From the NCBI GenBank assembly GCA_938017985.1, contig CALIKS010000035.1, positions 7,146 through 71,145 of the forward strand: a stretch of 64,000 nt of DNA, read 5' to 3'. Below the pieces are notes generated by a model. It was given only the letters and a program-made list of their open reading frames with translations. It was not told the origin of the DNA and made no database searches. Of this stretch, positions 52,580 to 62,343 are shown in pieces. Each line of letters starts with the position of its first letter. Position 1 is the first letter of the stretch. The DNA comes from an uncultured archaeon (GTDB lineage Archaea > Thermoproteota > Nitrososphaeria_A > Caldarchaeales > Calditenuaceae). The translations under genes were made by a program, and so were the position numbers.

Positions 52580-53512
52580 TTGTTGATATCTCCGCCGATA
52601 AGTCTAGCCGACTACTTAAGTGAGCGAAGAAAGGAGCTGGATTCTTGGTTCCTCAAGAAGACTAGTGAATGCGTTGATGGTACTCTTGTAAGGGAGGTAA
52701 TCAAGGGTGGTAAGAGGCTTAGGCCCCTCTTACTAATGCTGGTCTTTGACGCTCTCGGCGGAGAGGATAGGGAGTCCGCACTCGACGTCGCGTATGCACT
52801 TGAATTAGCCCACAACGCTAGCTTGGTTCATGACGACATAATTGATTGGGACTTTTATAGACGGGGAAGACCGGCGCTGTGGAGACAAATCGGGATAGGA
52901 AGAGCAATAATTCAGGGCCACAGAGTCATAAACACTGCGTTCCGAACCGTCCTCGAGAAGGGAGTAGAGATTACGAGGCTTTTCCTAGAGGCGTGGGAGA
53001 ACGCATCATTAGGAGTGTTAGAGGAAATTTTCTCCTCGACGCCTCCGGCCAAGATGCTTTACCTAAGGATTATTCAGGAGAAGACAGCGTCTCTCTTCGC
53101 TGCTGGAGCGGAGTCTGCAGCCGTCCTTGCAGGCTGTGACGAAGAGACGAGGAAACTTGCGAGGAGATATGGCCTACTTGTAGGAACTCTCTATCAATTG
53201 GTTGACGATTACGTAGACCTTAGTCGCAATAAGGGACTGGTGAAGGTTGTCCTGCGTCTCAGGAATATTGATGAGCTCGTCAGGAAGGGATACATGGCAC
53301 TCAAGGCGGGTAGACTATTAAGTTTCTTAGAAATTGTCCGGCAGTCGAGGAAGTTTCACTCCTACATCGCTGAGATTATCCATGAGTGTTATGACGAGAT
53401 AGATAAAGTGACTAGTGAGATAAAAGTAAGAGAGGAGTTTAGACCACTTCTTAAAGAGTTCCCGAGATTCTGTGTCAATGAGATGCTTAAGGAGATTAAA
53501 TCAACAGCATAA
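52580..53512 (+). CDS. Polyprenyl (geranylgeranyl) diphosphate synthase
   Basis: FARM LVHDDIIDWD and SARM LVDDYVDL. TTG start. Confidence 0.85.
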   Translation: MLISPPISLADYLSERRKELDSWFLKKTSECVDGTLVREVIKGGKRLRPLLLMLVFDALGGEDRESALDVAYALELAHNASLVHDDIIDWDFYRRGRPALWRQIGIGRAIIQGHRVINTAFRTVLEKGVEITRLFLEAWENASLGVLEEIFSSTPPAKMLYLRIIQEKTASLFAAGAESAAVLAGCDEETRKLARRYGLLVGTLYQLVDDYVDLSRNKGLVKVVLRLRNIDELVRKGYMALKAGRLLSFLEIVRQSRKFHSYIAEIIHECYDEIDKVTSEIKVREEFRPLLKEFPRFCVNEMLKEIKSTA

Positions 53513-53562
53513 TTCAAAGTATATTATAATCAGTGTTTATGTAGTTTAAGCAGTGACGGGGC

Positions 53563-55143
53563 ATGGCTATCGATGGATTGATAGAGATAGCAACAGCTCT
53601 ATCTTTTTCGTGGCTGAGGCTCGGTGTTGCTCTGCTATTATCGATAGCCATGTCCCTACTGGTCGGCATTCCCGCTGGACTGAGCAGGACAGTAGAGCGC
53701 ATAGTACTGCCCATACTTGACGTGCTTCAGAGCGTCCCGATACTTGGATTCTTCCCAATCGCCGTCTACTTCTTTATCGCTCTAAACCCGGTCTTGGGAC
53801 CTGAGCTAGCCTCCATATTTCTAATCTTCACATCCACGTATTGGAACATGGCGTTCAGTGTCTACGAAGCTGTCAGAGCCATTCCTTCCGAGCTGACCGA
53901 CATTTCCCGCATAATTGACCTGAGTCTATCGAGGAGGCTCAGTAAAATAATTATTCCCGCCGCTCTTCCTAGGATTGTCTCCCAGCTACCCCCTTCGATT
54001 GCCAATGGACTCTACTTCCTGACCGCCAGCGAGATTATCTCTTTCGGAGAGAGGCAGATAAGCGTCATAGGTGTAGGATCAATAATATCTAAATACGTAA
54101 GCAGTGGCGATGCTTCAGGCCTAATTATATCGGTCATAGCCCTGTCGCTGAGCATTGCGCTTGTATTCACTTTGATTATTAATCCATTGATTGCGTGGTC
54201 TGATAAGTATAAGTTTGAGACAGTGGTGGCGCCTGGCAGGCCCTCTGCAATGGTTAGGATAGAGCCATTCAGAAGAATACTCACCACTCTTAAGACACGT
54301 ATTCCCCCGATCAGTATTCATGTCCAATTCCCTAGCACCTTCGTATACGTAAGCCACATGGCAAGACACGTTCAGCGCTTCATACTGATAGTTGCCATCA
54401 GTACTGCCACAATAATTGTGTTGACGCTCTCGACGAGCTACATCACCGACGTGCCCAAGATTATCATCAATGTTTATTCAGTGATTGGTGATTTGGGCTT
54501 CATGGTTATTTTCAGCTCAGTGATCATGTCTTTTGGAAGAATCTTTGCCGCCATCATACTTTCACTTTCATGGTCCCTACCCGTCGCATACTTCATTGCC
54601 AAGAACGAGAGGGCCAGGACATCTTTCCTACCACTGATACAGGTAATCGCCTCTATACCCGCACCAATATTCTTCCCATTGATAGCAGACGCATTTCTCT
54701 CAACAAGTGGCTACGCTGAGCTGGGATCGATCTTACTGATAGTCCTTGGAACTCAATGGTACGTATTTTACTCCATTCTGGGCGGGTTTCTAAGGATTCC
54801 AAACGAGTACCGCGAGCTTTCACTGAGCTATAGACTTAGCCGGCTGAAGGAGCTCTTCATGATATTCATTCCCTTCGCGATGCCATCACTAGTCACTGGA
54901 TTGATAACCGCTACTGGAGGTGCTTGGAACACCTTGGTGATTGCTGAGCGCCTCGTGCTGGGAGACCTAGTCTTCGAGACATCCATGCCTGGTCTTGGAA
55001 AACTACTCTCCCAGTTCACAGAGCTGGGCTCCATATATGGCATAGCGGTCATAGTTTTCTTGATGACGATTATCGTTGTCGCATTTAACAGATTCGTCTG
55101 GCGTCCACTCTACGACTGGGCCACGAAGATGGTGAGGTCATAG
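53563..55143 (+). CDS. ABC transporter permease, fused double-domain (NitT/TauT family)
   Basis: 526 aa containing two tandem BPD-transport-type permease modules (...LQSVPILGFFP... and ...IASIPAPIFFPL...). Confidence 0.75.
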   Translation: MAIDGLIEIATALSFSWLRLGVALLLSIAMSLLVGIPAGLSRTVERIVLPILDVLQSVPILGFFPIAVYFFIALNPVLGPELASIFLIFTSTYWNMAFSVYEAVRAIPSELTDISRIIDLSLSRRLSKIIIPAALPRIVSQLPPSIANGLYFLTASEIISFGERQISVIGVGSIISKYVSSGDASGLIISVIALSLSIALVFTLIINPLIAWSDKYKFETVVAPGRPSAMVRIEPFRRILTTLKTRIPPISIHVQFPSTFVYVSHMARHVQRFILIVAISTATIIVLTLSTSYITDVPKIIINVYSVIGDLGFMVIFSSVIMSFGRIFAAIILSLSWSLPVAYFIAKNERARTSFLPLIQVIASIPAPIFFPLIADAFLSTSGYAELGSILLIVLGTQWYVFYSILGGFLRIPNEYRELSLSYRLSRLKELFMIFIPFAMPSLVTGLITATGGAWNTLVIAERLVLGDLVFETSMPGLGKLLSQFTELGSIYGIAVIVFLMTIIVVAFNRFVWRPLYDWATKMVRS

Positions 55144-55911
55144 ATGAGCAACAAAGAGCCGATACTCAGCCTGATAGACGTCAAGTTTGAGCACAAGCTG
55201 AGGTCAGGCAGGACATTACCAATATTCAACAACATCAACCTATCAGTCCACTACACAGAGTTCCTGGGAATCGTTGGGCCGAGCGGATGCGGAAAGACAA
55301 CGCTCCTCAGGATAATGGCGGGCCTTGTGAGGCCGACCTCCGGCAGAGTAATCTTCAGAGGCGAGGAACTAACCGAGCCTAATCCTAGAATCTCATTGAT
55401 GTATCAGAACCCAACGCTGATTCCATGGCTCTCAATCTGGGACAACGTTTACCTCGCAATCTCGTCGAGGAAGGAAATGTCAGAGATAGAGAAGAGAGAG
55501 AAGACCTCTCTCTTCATCGACCTCGTGGGCCTAAGCGGCTACGAGTCAGCCTACCCGGCGGAGCTGAGCGGAGGAATGAAGCAGAGAGTCGCACTGGCGA
55601 GGGCGCTCGTCACTAGTCCGGACCTGCTCCTCCTCGACGAGCCCTTCAGCAACCTTGACCCCCTGACCGCAATAAACTTGATCAGAGAAGTCGAAAACAT
55701 GTGGCTTGACGCCAGCCTGCCCCCGGCATCTATCGTCATGGTCTCGCACAGCATAGAAGAAGTAGTCCAGCTCGCAGACAGAGTACTAGTACTTAAGGGA
55801 AGGCCGGCGGAAATAATAGCAGAGTTAAGGGTAGAGCTAGAGAGGCCGAGGAACAGGAAGTCTGACGAGTTTTACCGATACGTAGACGAGATATTTACCC
55901 TTGTGAGCTGA
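55144..55911 (+). CDS. ABC transporter ATP-binding protein (NitT/TauT family)
   Basis: Walker A GPSGCGKTT, signature LSGGMKQR, Walker B LLLLDEP. The ATG abuts the permease stop. Confidence 0.88.
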   Translation: MSNKEPILSLIDVKFEHKLRSGRTLPIFNNINLSVHYTEFLGIVGPSGCGKTTLLRIMAGLVRPTSGRVIFRGEELTEPNPRISLMYQNPTLIPWLSIWDNVYLAISSRKEMSEIEKREKTSLFIDLVGLSGYESAYPAELSGGMKQRVALARALVTSPDLLLLDEPFSNLDPLTAINLIREVENMWLDASLPPASIVMVSHSIEEVVQLADRVLVLKGRPAEIIAELRVELERPRNRKSDEFYRYVDEIFTLVS

Positions 55912-56416
55912 CCGCGTGAGGCCTCGTCCTCTTCCGCTTCAGCTTAAACGCCCTAGACTCTCCGTCATACTCAAGCCATCCAGTCATGACGAGCCAGTCA
56001 ATGATGTATGTCCTGAGCCTCTCGAGCCGCTCCTCGTCAGACTCGCATAGCTTTACGGCGTTGTTTATCTCCTCGACCGTAACCGGCCCGCCACTCGAGG
56101 CGACGTAGCTGATAATCGACTTGAAAGGCTCAACCTTATCGACTATCTCGCTCAGCATCTTTATCTTGCCCGCGGAGAGCCTCCTCGAGAATCCAATCCC
56201 ACTCTGAGTAATGTGGACGTCGCCGTCATCAACTTTGACTAGACCAAGCGACTCGGCCGCCTCTAGGACTCTCAGCAGCTGTCCAAGCTCCATTCCAACC
56301 TCCTTCGACAGCATCGGTAAGTCGACCCTACCCCTGTAGAGACTCACAACCTCTAATAGGCCGGCAACCATTCCGGGAGTAACGTCTAATGGGCATTTAG
56401 GCCCGTCTTGACTCAA
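55895..56416 (-). CDS. Stand-alone 'AAA-associated C-terminal' (PF09821-like) wHTH domain protein
   Basis: MVAGLLEVVSLYRGRVDLPMLSKEVGMELGQLLRVLEAAESLGLVKVDDGDVHITQSG resembles the domain normally fused to the C-terminus of NitT/TauT ATPases (family recalled from memory). Confidence 0.55.
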   Translation of the reverse strand: MSQDGPKCPLDVTPGMVAGLLEVVSLYRGRVDLPMLSKEVGMELGQLLRVLEAAESLGLVKVDDGDVHITQSGIGFSRRLSAGKIKMLSEIVDKVEPFKSIISYVASSGGPVTVEEINNAVKLCESDEERLERLRTYIIDWLVMTGWLEYDGESRAFKLKRKRTRPHAVSSQG

Positions 56417-56475
56417 CTCTCACTTAATCTAAGCCTCTCTCCTATATTAACTTGGTATATAAATCCGTGAAGAAA

Positions 56476-57633
56476 CTATTTATACATCCTTAATATTCTG
56501 CCGACGACCTCGTCGACCCCGCCTAGCATCTCTGCCTGTTCTGAGTATTTTTTCAGGACTCCTTCATCGAGCGATTCGAGAGCCCTCATTACTGCATTCC
56601 TGACCGTCTCAGGGCTCAGCGACTCCTCCCTGACTATGACTGCTGCGTTCCTCCTCAAGAGGCTCTGCGCGTTAGACTCCTGCTCGGAGTGCCTCGGAAT
56701 CGGCACCACTATGAGCCTGCAGCCATAGGCAAGGGCCTTTGTCAGGAGCGACTGGCCAGCCCTGGTCAAGACGACGTCAGCCGCGGCGAGAAGCCTGTAC
56801 TCATCCTCAAACCAGTCGAGGACCCAGTGCCTATCAGTCCTGACGGAGACTGTGCCAGCCGGCCTGCCACGAGTAAAGACTACCTGTAGGTCTCTTAGCG
56901 CCGGCAATGCTTGCATCAGCCTGTCTGCGATTCTCTCCCTCTCAAGCCTAGGCCCAGTTGCCTGCATCAGTACTAGGGGCTCGTCGGGATTGAAGCCCAA
57001 TTCTTCCTTGAGCATGGTCCTAGAGGCATAGTCCCTGGGACGCCTACTCATTACTGGCCCGACGTAAACAGTCCTTCGAGCAACGTCTTCAGGAAGCCTG
57101 AGGTTTTCCTCAGAGACGGTCAGGGGCGGTGGATAATCAGCAATCATTATCTCGTCGCTCAGCGACCATACGTGTCCAACGATGCTTGAGGCGGCCTCAG
57201 CGACTTCTGCAAGCCTACGCCACCTCTCACTCCTGACGAGGATGTAGAACTGGTTTAGGAGAAGAGCGACTGGGATTCCAAGAAGCTTCGCGGCAAGGAC
57301 AGTAGTAGCCCTGGTGTCTGAAAAAGCGGCGAGAGCCTCAGCCTCATCCATAATCCTAATCTCTATAAGCGTCTGTGCCATGACCCTTAAGGGTAGAAAT
57401 ACATTTTTGAGGATTGTCCCCCTGAAGCTGAAGGCTCCGTCTGGCCCAAGTCCATAACCAACTGATGGAATCTTATTAATCCTGAATCCATGTCGAGTAA
57501 AATACTCGACCGCGTCTCCATAAGTCGAGATTGAGAGCTCGCATCCCCTCGATAGCAGCTTCTCAGCGATTACCATGCTGCGTGAGGCATGCCCAAGCCC
57601 GATGCCGCATACTCCCATGTGTATCCTACGCAT
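56476..57633 (-). CDS. Glycosyltransferase, GT1/GT28 (MurG/UGT-like) family
   Basis: N-terminal GIGLGHASRS loop and GT-B two-domain layout. 385 aa. Confidence 0.7.
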   Translation of the reverse strand: MRRIHMGVCGIGLGHASRSMVIAEKLLSRGCELSISTYGDAVEYFTRHGFRINKIPSVGYGLGPDGAFSFRGTILKNVFLPLRVMAQTLIEIRIMDEAEALAAFSDTRATTVLAAKLLGIPVALLLNQFYILVRSERWRRLAEVAEAASSIVGHVWSLSDEIMIADYPPPLTVSEENLRLPEDVARRTVYVGPVMSRRPRDYASRTMLKEELGFNPDEPLVLMQATGPRLERERIADRLMQALPALRDLQVVFTRGRPAGTVSVRTDRHWVLDWFEDEYRLLAAADVVLTRAGQSLLTKALAYGCRLIVVPIPRHSEQESNAQSLLRRNAAVIVREESLSPETVRNAVMRALESLDEGVLKKYSEQAEMLGGVDEVVGRILRMYK

Positions 57634-57651
57634 GTCTATTCCTAGTCCTGA

Positions 57652-58287
57652 TTAGCAGGTTCTTCGACGAAGCGACCTGAGGTCTATCCTGACGACTTGG
57701 CCGTTCGGCTCCTTCTCCGCGAATATCTCTGCTGAGAAGCGCTTAATCACGGCCTGGCCTGTGAGCCAGTATGTGGACGGTAGACCTGCCTTGAAGCACA
57801 GGTTCGTCAAGAACTCCTCGGCGTCCCAGCCGTACTCTACTGGAACTTGGGGGAGCAGTAGTCCTGAGCCGAGCCTAGACTCGATTATGAGTCCGTCTCT
57901 TCCTATCTCGATCATGCTTGGCAGCGTTTTCCTATCCTTTACTGGTATCTCTTCTGGAAACGTCAGCACGCTCACTTCGACTACTATCCTGTCCAGCTCT
58001 TCTCTCTCTAGCGGCATGAATCTCGGGTCGCCGAAGGCCGCGCTTATCGCCGCGTCTATTACCTGTTCTAGGAAGTCCTTCACTGGGTATGGATAGCCTA
58101 TGCATCCCCTTAGCTCGAGCTCTGGATAAGTATTGAGCGTGACGAATACTCCTCTCCTAAGTGTTCTAAGCCTATCTGGCGCAGAGCTAGGTATCCCGAA
58201 GCTTTCTCTCATGACTCTAGAAGTGATTGCTTCTCTCGCCAGCTTGACTAGGAATTCTCCCTCTCCGTCGCTTATTGTTTCGGCCAC
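57652..58287 (-). CDS. AMMECR1 domain protein
   Basis: ...GVFVTL...LRGCIGYP...DPRF.PL...SLL.PQV... are the AMMECR1 hallmarks. Confidence 0.85.
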   Translation of the reverse strand: MAETISDGEGEFLVKLAREAITSRVMRESFGIPSSAPDRLRTLRRGVFVTLNTYPELELRGCIGYPYPVKDFLEQVIDAAISAAFGDPRFMPLEREELDRIVVEVSVLTFPEEIPVKDRKTLPSMIEIGRDGLIIESRLGSGLLLPQVPVEYGWDAEEFLTNLCFKAGLPSTYWLTGQAVIKRFSAEIFAEKEPNGQVVRIDLRSLRRRTC

Positions 58288-58331
58288 GGATATAGTCTCC
58301 TCGTGGACTTTAATATGTTTATACTCCTTGT

Positions 58332-58799
58332 CTAATACGTCTCTCGAATCCTATTAGCGGTGAGGTATGCACGCCTAATCGTCCTCAATATGTTTCTCCA
58401 GTGACTACCAATCCAGAATCTTTGTCCACAAGACGTACATCTCCATATGCCTTTTAACTCTTGGCGGAGAGCACCGTTGCAGATTGAGCATCTCGTTATC
58501 CTTGGTTTTAAGAACTCTTCGAGCGGGATGTTGAGTTCTCTTGAGACGTATGCAGCGACCTCGGCGAGGGTTGCTTCAACGTCTTGGTGATGAAGAAGGC
58601 ATGACCTAAGTCCCTTGTTTAGGGCGGCGCGGTGAAGCTCTACGTCAGACGTAATTATTATTCTTCCAGAGCTCGATGCATTATCTATTAGGTCTTCGTC
58701 GCTTCCCTCCCAGTACTCCGAGTCGTATCCAAGAATTCTTAGCCATCTGCAGAGGTTTCCATGCATTGAGTCGACGATGAATAATGGACCGCTACTCAC
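58332..58799 (-). CDS. Mut7-C (DUF82) PIN-like RNase domain protein with zinc ribbon
   Basis: FIVDSMHGNLCRWLRILGYD...IITSD...CSICNG...WRCTSCGQRFWIGSHW. Confidence 0.8.
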   Translation of the reverse strand: MSSGPLFIVDSMHGNLCRWLRILGYDSEYWEGSDEDLIDNASSSGRIIITSDVELHRAALNKGLRSCLLHHQDVEATLAEVAAYVSRELNIPLEEFLKPRITRCSICNGALRQELKGIWRCTSCGQRFWIGSHWRNILRTIRRAYLTANRIRETY

Positions 58800-59364
58800 T
58801 CCTCTTCGCTAGCTCTAGTCTGCAGTCTTCGCATAAGTATTGTTCGTCAACCCGGAGGAGCATGTCGCTCCACTCTCCACAAGAGTCGCAGTATCCCTCC
58901 ATGAATTGTTCAGAGCCTATGGAGCTCGTCCCCTTCAGCCTCATCTGTTCCTTAACAATCTCCAATATGTCTGGAGTAACTTTCAGGATGTCCTTTACGC
59001 TGATTATTCCGTGGACCTCGTCCTTATAGGTCACGACGAGTCGGCTTATCCCTATTCTGTTCATCCTCCTCAATGCCTCCTCGATGGTTTCGTCTGGACT
59101 CGCAGTTATTAGGGGAGTAGACATTATCTCGGAGACCTTGACGTCGCTGGGCTTCTTATCCAGCGCGACTACCTTTTCTATCAGGTCCCTCTTAGTCACT
59201 ATGCCTACTGGTTTTCCATTCTTTTTTACGACTATCCCGCTGATCTTATACTTCGCCATTAGTTCTGCGACTTCTTTAGCCGTATCGTCTACGTTGACCT
59301 CAATAACCGGGCTACTCATCACGTCTCTAACCATCACTTCGTCGCTTAGGAACCTCTTCTTCAA
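58792..59364 (-). CDS. CBS-domain pair protein with C-terminal zinc ribbon
   Basis: Two CBS repeats (VRDVMSSPVIEV..., VSEIMSTPLITA...) followed by CDSCGEWSD...LCEDC. Confidence 0.8.
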   Translation of the reverse strand: MKKRFLSDEVMVRDVMSSPVIEVNVDDTAKEVAELMAKYKISGIVVKKNGKPVGIVTKRDLIEKVVALDKKPSDVKVSEIMSTPLITASPDETIEEALRRMNRIGISRLVVTYKDEVHGIISVKDILKVTPDILEIVKEQMRLKGTSSIGSEQFMEGYCDSCGEWSDMLLRVDEQYLCEDCRLELAKRSE

Positions 59365-59454
59365 CCGGGTCTCCAGTTAACGATAACCACTCCAGTTAAA
59401 TAAGTTTATCCCCATCATGTCGCCTACTAAGTAGTCCCTAGATGTCTCGGCTAA

Positions 59455-61344
59455 TCACTTTGCAACTTGTCCCTTACCGAAAGGGATGAGCGACTTAAAT
59501 TCCTCGACCTCTTCTCTGCTCAACTCTATTCCAAGCCTTTCTTTCACAGTCTCTACAAATGTCCTTGCGATTTCTTCGCCACTCTTATTTCCCGGAATGA
59601 GGGATAGATATGTCTTAGCCGCTGAGGAGACCCATCTCTCATGCCCAACTATGAGGCGCCTAGGCTCCTCACTGAGCCCTATGCATAGTCTTAGAGATAC
59701 TTGGAAGTATGTCTTAGGAGGCTTAACTATGAATGAGCCTCTTGGAAGATAAGTTCCAGGCGGTGGAGAAAAACTAACTTGTTCGGATGGAACCATGTAG
59801 ACAGAAACCGCCGAGAGTCCTTCTCTCCACGCCCTGCTGTAAGCCGCACAGAAGGTAGCCGCCTCTTCAAGCTCTTCTTGAGCAGCGTCTCTGCCTCCTT
59901 TCAGTATGACTACTGGCGAGCCCTTGACCTCGGCGTGGAAGACCATGTCCCTATCCTCAAGATGCTTTTTTAGAAGCTTGATGTTTGTCGCCGCGTCTTT
60001 ACCAGCAACTACGAGTCTGCCTCCGGAGGTATAGCTCCATCTATAATTCTCATACCACTCCTTCTTCCTCGAGGCCTTGACGCTTGGAGTAACGATGAGC
60101 GTTGCCTTCTGAGACTTGACCTCCTCGAGCTTCCTACCTATCTCCTCGATCTCTGCCTTAATGTTCTCGATGCCCTTCCTCATCATCTTTGCATCGTTAA
60201 AGAGTGAAGAGGCCTGCCTCGAGGCAGGCTCCCTTATCAATAGCTTAATGAACTCCTCACCAATCTTGACCATGAATGTACCCTCATCCCAGTCAATATT
60301 GGTAACATTGCTGCTAGAGCCTCCTGCAAGCACGCTCAGCCTCGCCTCCTCAATGACTGACAAGTTGTTAAATATCGTCTCGGCGAGCCTCCTCTTCTTC
60401 TCAGACTCAGACTCAAGCTTGGATACTAATTGTCTCTTATCGAGTAGTTCCTTCTCAAGCCTCTCCGCCTCTTTCTCAGCCAAGTCTTGGCTGATGGATG
60501 GCAGAGACTCGTAGGACTTCCAGACCGCCTCGTTAAACGACCCTACCTCCTCAGACCTAAATCCTAATTCTTCAAGGCTCTTAAGAATAAAGGGCGCCGG
60601 GACGGCTAAGTCATCGCCAGCATAGATACGGGGACTAGTCCTACCCAAGTCGTCCATTAATGACTTCAAGGCTGACAGGACCTTCTCTAACAAGTCATCA
60701 ACACATGACGAGACCCTGAGCGACGAAGCAACTCCCGCCCTTACAAGGACCTCATCAGAATATTTTGGACCTAGGCCAAGGTCTCTAGCCAAGGCGAGAC
60801 CAATCTTAACATTTCCATCAACACTACACAAGATATCCCTAGCCACTTCTGGGTCAATTATCGTCTTCCTCGGCTCTGGAGGCGAGTACTGCTTCCCAAC
60901 CATGCCAGACGGATGGGAGGCCTTTACGATGCCCTTGGCATCCATGAGGACTATGTGGCCACCCGGGAAGAGCTCGACTACTAGGCTGAAGATTGGCTCC
61001 CTCAGCCCAAACACCATACTTATGATTCTCTCACCCTCAACTGGGCGGGCATCCTTGAAGTAGAGCCCCTTGAGAAACTCTCTCAGACTTCTCGCGAATT
61101 CGTCGAGCTCGCCGTGGGCCTCATAGACACCCTCGACGAGGAAGAGACACTTGTTTGGAACAATCCTCAGGTCTCGCCGCCCCTCTTCAGATGTAAATCT
61201 AATCAGGTAGGACGCGTCAGGCATCCTGTAGACATTTGCGACCCTGCTGTTCCTTATCTTTTCAGCTATCTCAGCGCTCAGTATGCCTATTTCTAGGCTG
61301 CTGAGCTCTGCCCGTCTCATCCATGGTGATAAGCCCCTCGCCAA
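59455..61344 (-). CDS. NFACT-family protein (FbpA/Rqc2 homologue; NFACT-N + coiled coil + NFACT-R/DUF814)
   Basis: 629 aa. The N-terminal NFACT-N pattern, central coiled coil and ...MVFHAEVKGSPVVILKGG (DUF814) are typical of the archaeal ribosome-quality-control homologue. Confidence 0.8.
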   Translation of the reverse strand: MARGLSPWMRRAELSSLEIGILSAEIAEKIRNSRVANVYRMPDASYLIRFTSEEGRRDLRIVPNKCLFLVEGVYEAHGELDEFARSLREFLKGLYFKDARPVEGERIISMVFGLREPIFSLVVELFPGGHIVLMDAKGIVKASHPSGMVGKQYSPPEPRKTIIDPEVARDILCSVDGNVKIGLALARDLGLGPKYSDEVLVRAGVASSLRVSSCVDDLLEKVLSALKSLMDDLGRTSPRIYAGDDLAVPAPFILKSLEELGFRSEEVGSFNEAVWKSYESLPSISQDLAEKEAERLEKELLDKRQLVSKLESESEKKRRLAETIFNNLSVIEEARLSVLAGGSSSNVTNIDWDEGTFMVKIGEEFIKLLIREPASRQASSLFNDAKMMRKGIENIKAEIEEIGRKLEEVKSQKATLIVTPSVKASRKKEWYENYRWSYTSGGRLVVAGKDAATNIKLLKKHLEDRDMVFHAEVKGSPVVILKGGRDAAQEELEEAATFCAAYSRAWREGLSAVSVYMVPSEQVSFSPPPGTYLPRGSFIVKPPKTYFQVSLRLCIGLSEEPRRLIVGHERWVSSAAKTYLSLIPGNKSGEEIARTFVETVKERLGIELSREEVEEFKSLIPFGKGQVAK

Positions 61345-61392
61345 GCCTGACCTTCCATTTTCCTATTAATCATCGCTCCATATATATCGCCA

Positions 61393-62127
61393 ATGATGAA
61401 TACCCAACTGGGCGTCAGCCCTATGCAGATATACGTCGGGACATCGGGCTGGCTCTACGACTGGAACATTGGCAGGAGCCTAGAATGGTACGTAAAGAAC
61501 AGCGGACTAAACTCAATAGAGCTGAACATGTCCTTCTACAGGTATCCAACTAGAAAGACCGTAGAGATATGGGCAGAGAAGGGAAAAACACTGAGATGGA
61601 GCATCAAGGCCAGCAGACTAATAACACATGTCTATCGATTCGGAGAAAAAGCAGAGACAGCGTGGAATAGGTTCAAGGAACTGTTCAGCCCAATCGAGGA
61701 GAAAATTGACTATTACCTATTCCAGCTCCCACCATCCATGACCCCGAGACACGTATCAAGAATAGAGAGATTCATCTTAAAGACTGAGCTAGGCAGCAGA
61801 CTCGCATTGGAGTGGAGAAGCCCAGAGTGGTTCAGAGAAGAATGGATAAGATGGGCGATAGACCTCGGAATAACACCCGTAAGCATAGATGCACCTGAAC
61901 TTCCAAGAACAATCTTCAAGTCAGGCCAGGCGGTATACTTAAGAATGCATGGAAGATACGCATGGTACAGCCACGACTACACTGATGAAGAACTAAAAGA
62001 GGTAGCTGAATCAATCGTCAAGAACTCGCCAGGCAAGGTCCACGTCTACTTCAACAACAACCACGCAATGCTTAGAAACGCGCGTAGAATGCTTAAAATC
62101 CTTATAGAAGAAGCGTCAGCTCTTTGA
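61393..62127 (+). CDS. DUF72 family protein
   Basis: YVGTSGWLYDWN..., SFYRYP, YLFQLPPS, RMHGR...YSHDYTDEEL are the DUF72 signature blocks. Confidence 0.85.
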   Translation: MMNTQLGVSPMQIYVGTSGWLYDWNIGRSLEWYVKNSGLNSIELNMSFYRYPTRKTVEIWAEKGKTLRWSIKASRLITHVYRFGEKAETAWNRFKELFSPIEEKIDYYLFQLPPSMTPRHVSRIERFILKTELGSRLALEWRSPEWFREEWIRWAIDLGITPVSIDAPELPRTIFKSGQAVYLRMHGRYAWYSHDYTDEELKEVAESIVKNSPGKVHVYFNNNHAMLRNARRMLKILIEEASAL

Positions 62128-62220
62128 GGACTCTTTCTCGAAGCATTTGCCGCAGAGCCTCTTCCCCCTCCAGAGCCTCAGGTCCTCTACCTTCCTTCCA
62201 CAGACCTCGCACCTAGGCAT
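62116..62220 (-). CDS. Small (34-aa) zinc-ribbon protein, unannotated
   Basis: Minus-strand ATG 62220: MPRCEVCGRKVEDLRLWRGKRLCGKCFEKESSKS* (CxxC-15-CxxC). It overlaps the DUF72 3' end by 12 nt and is below the ORF-track size cut-off. Confidence 0.45.
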   Translation of the reverse strand: MPRCEVCGRKVEDLRLWRGKRLCGKCFEKESSKS

Positions 62221-62343
62221 CCCACACTCCTCAAAAAAATATTAAAAATCATCGAGATTTAAGCTTAGACATGTTTAACTGGTCAGAATACTATTCTTTT
62301 GAAGATGCTTAACGTTTTTTAAGAATATTTATGAAGTATATGA

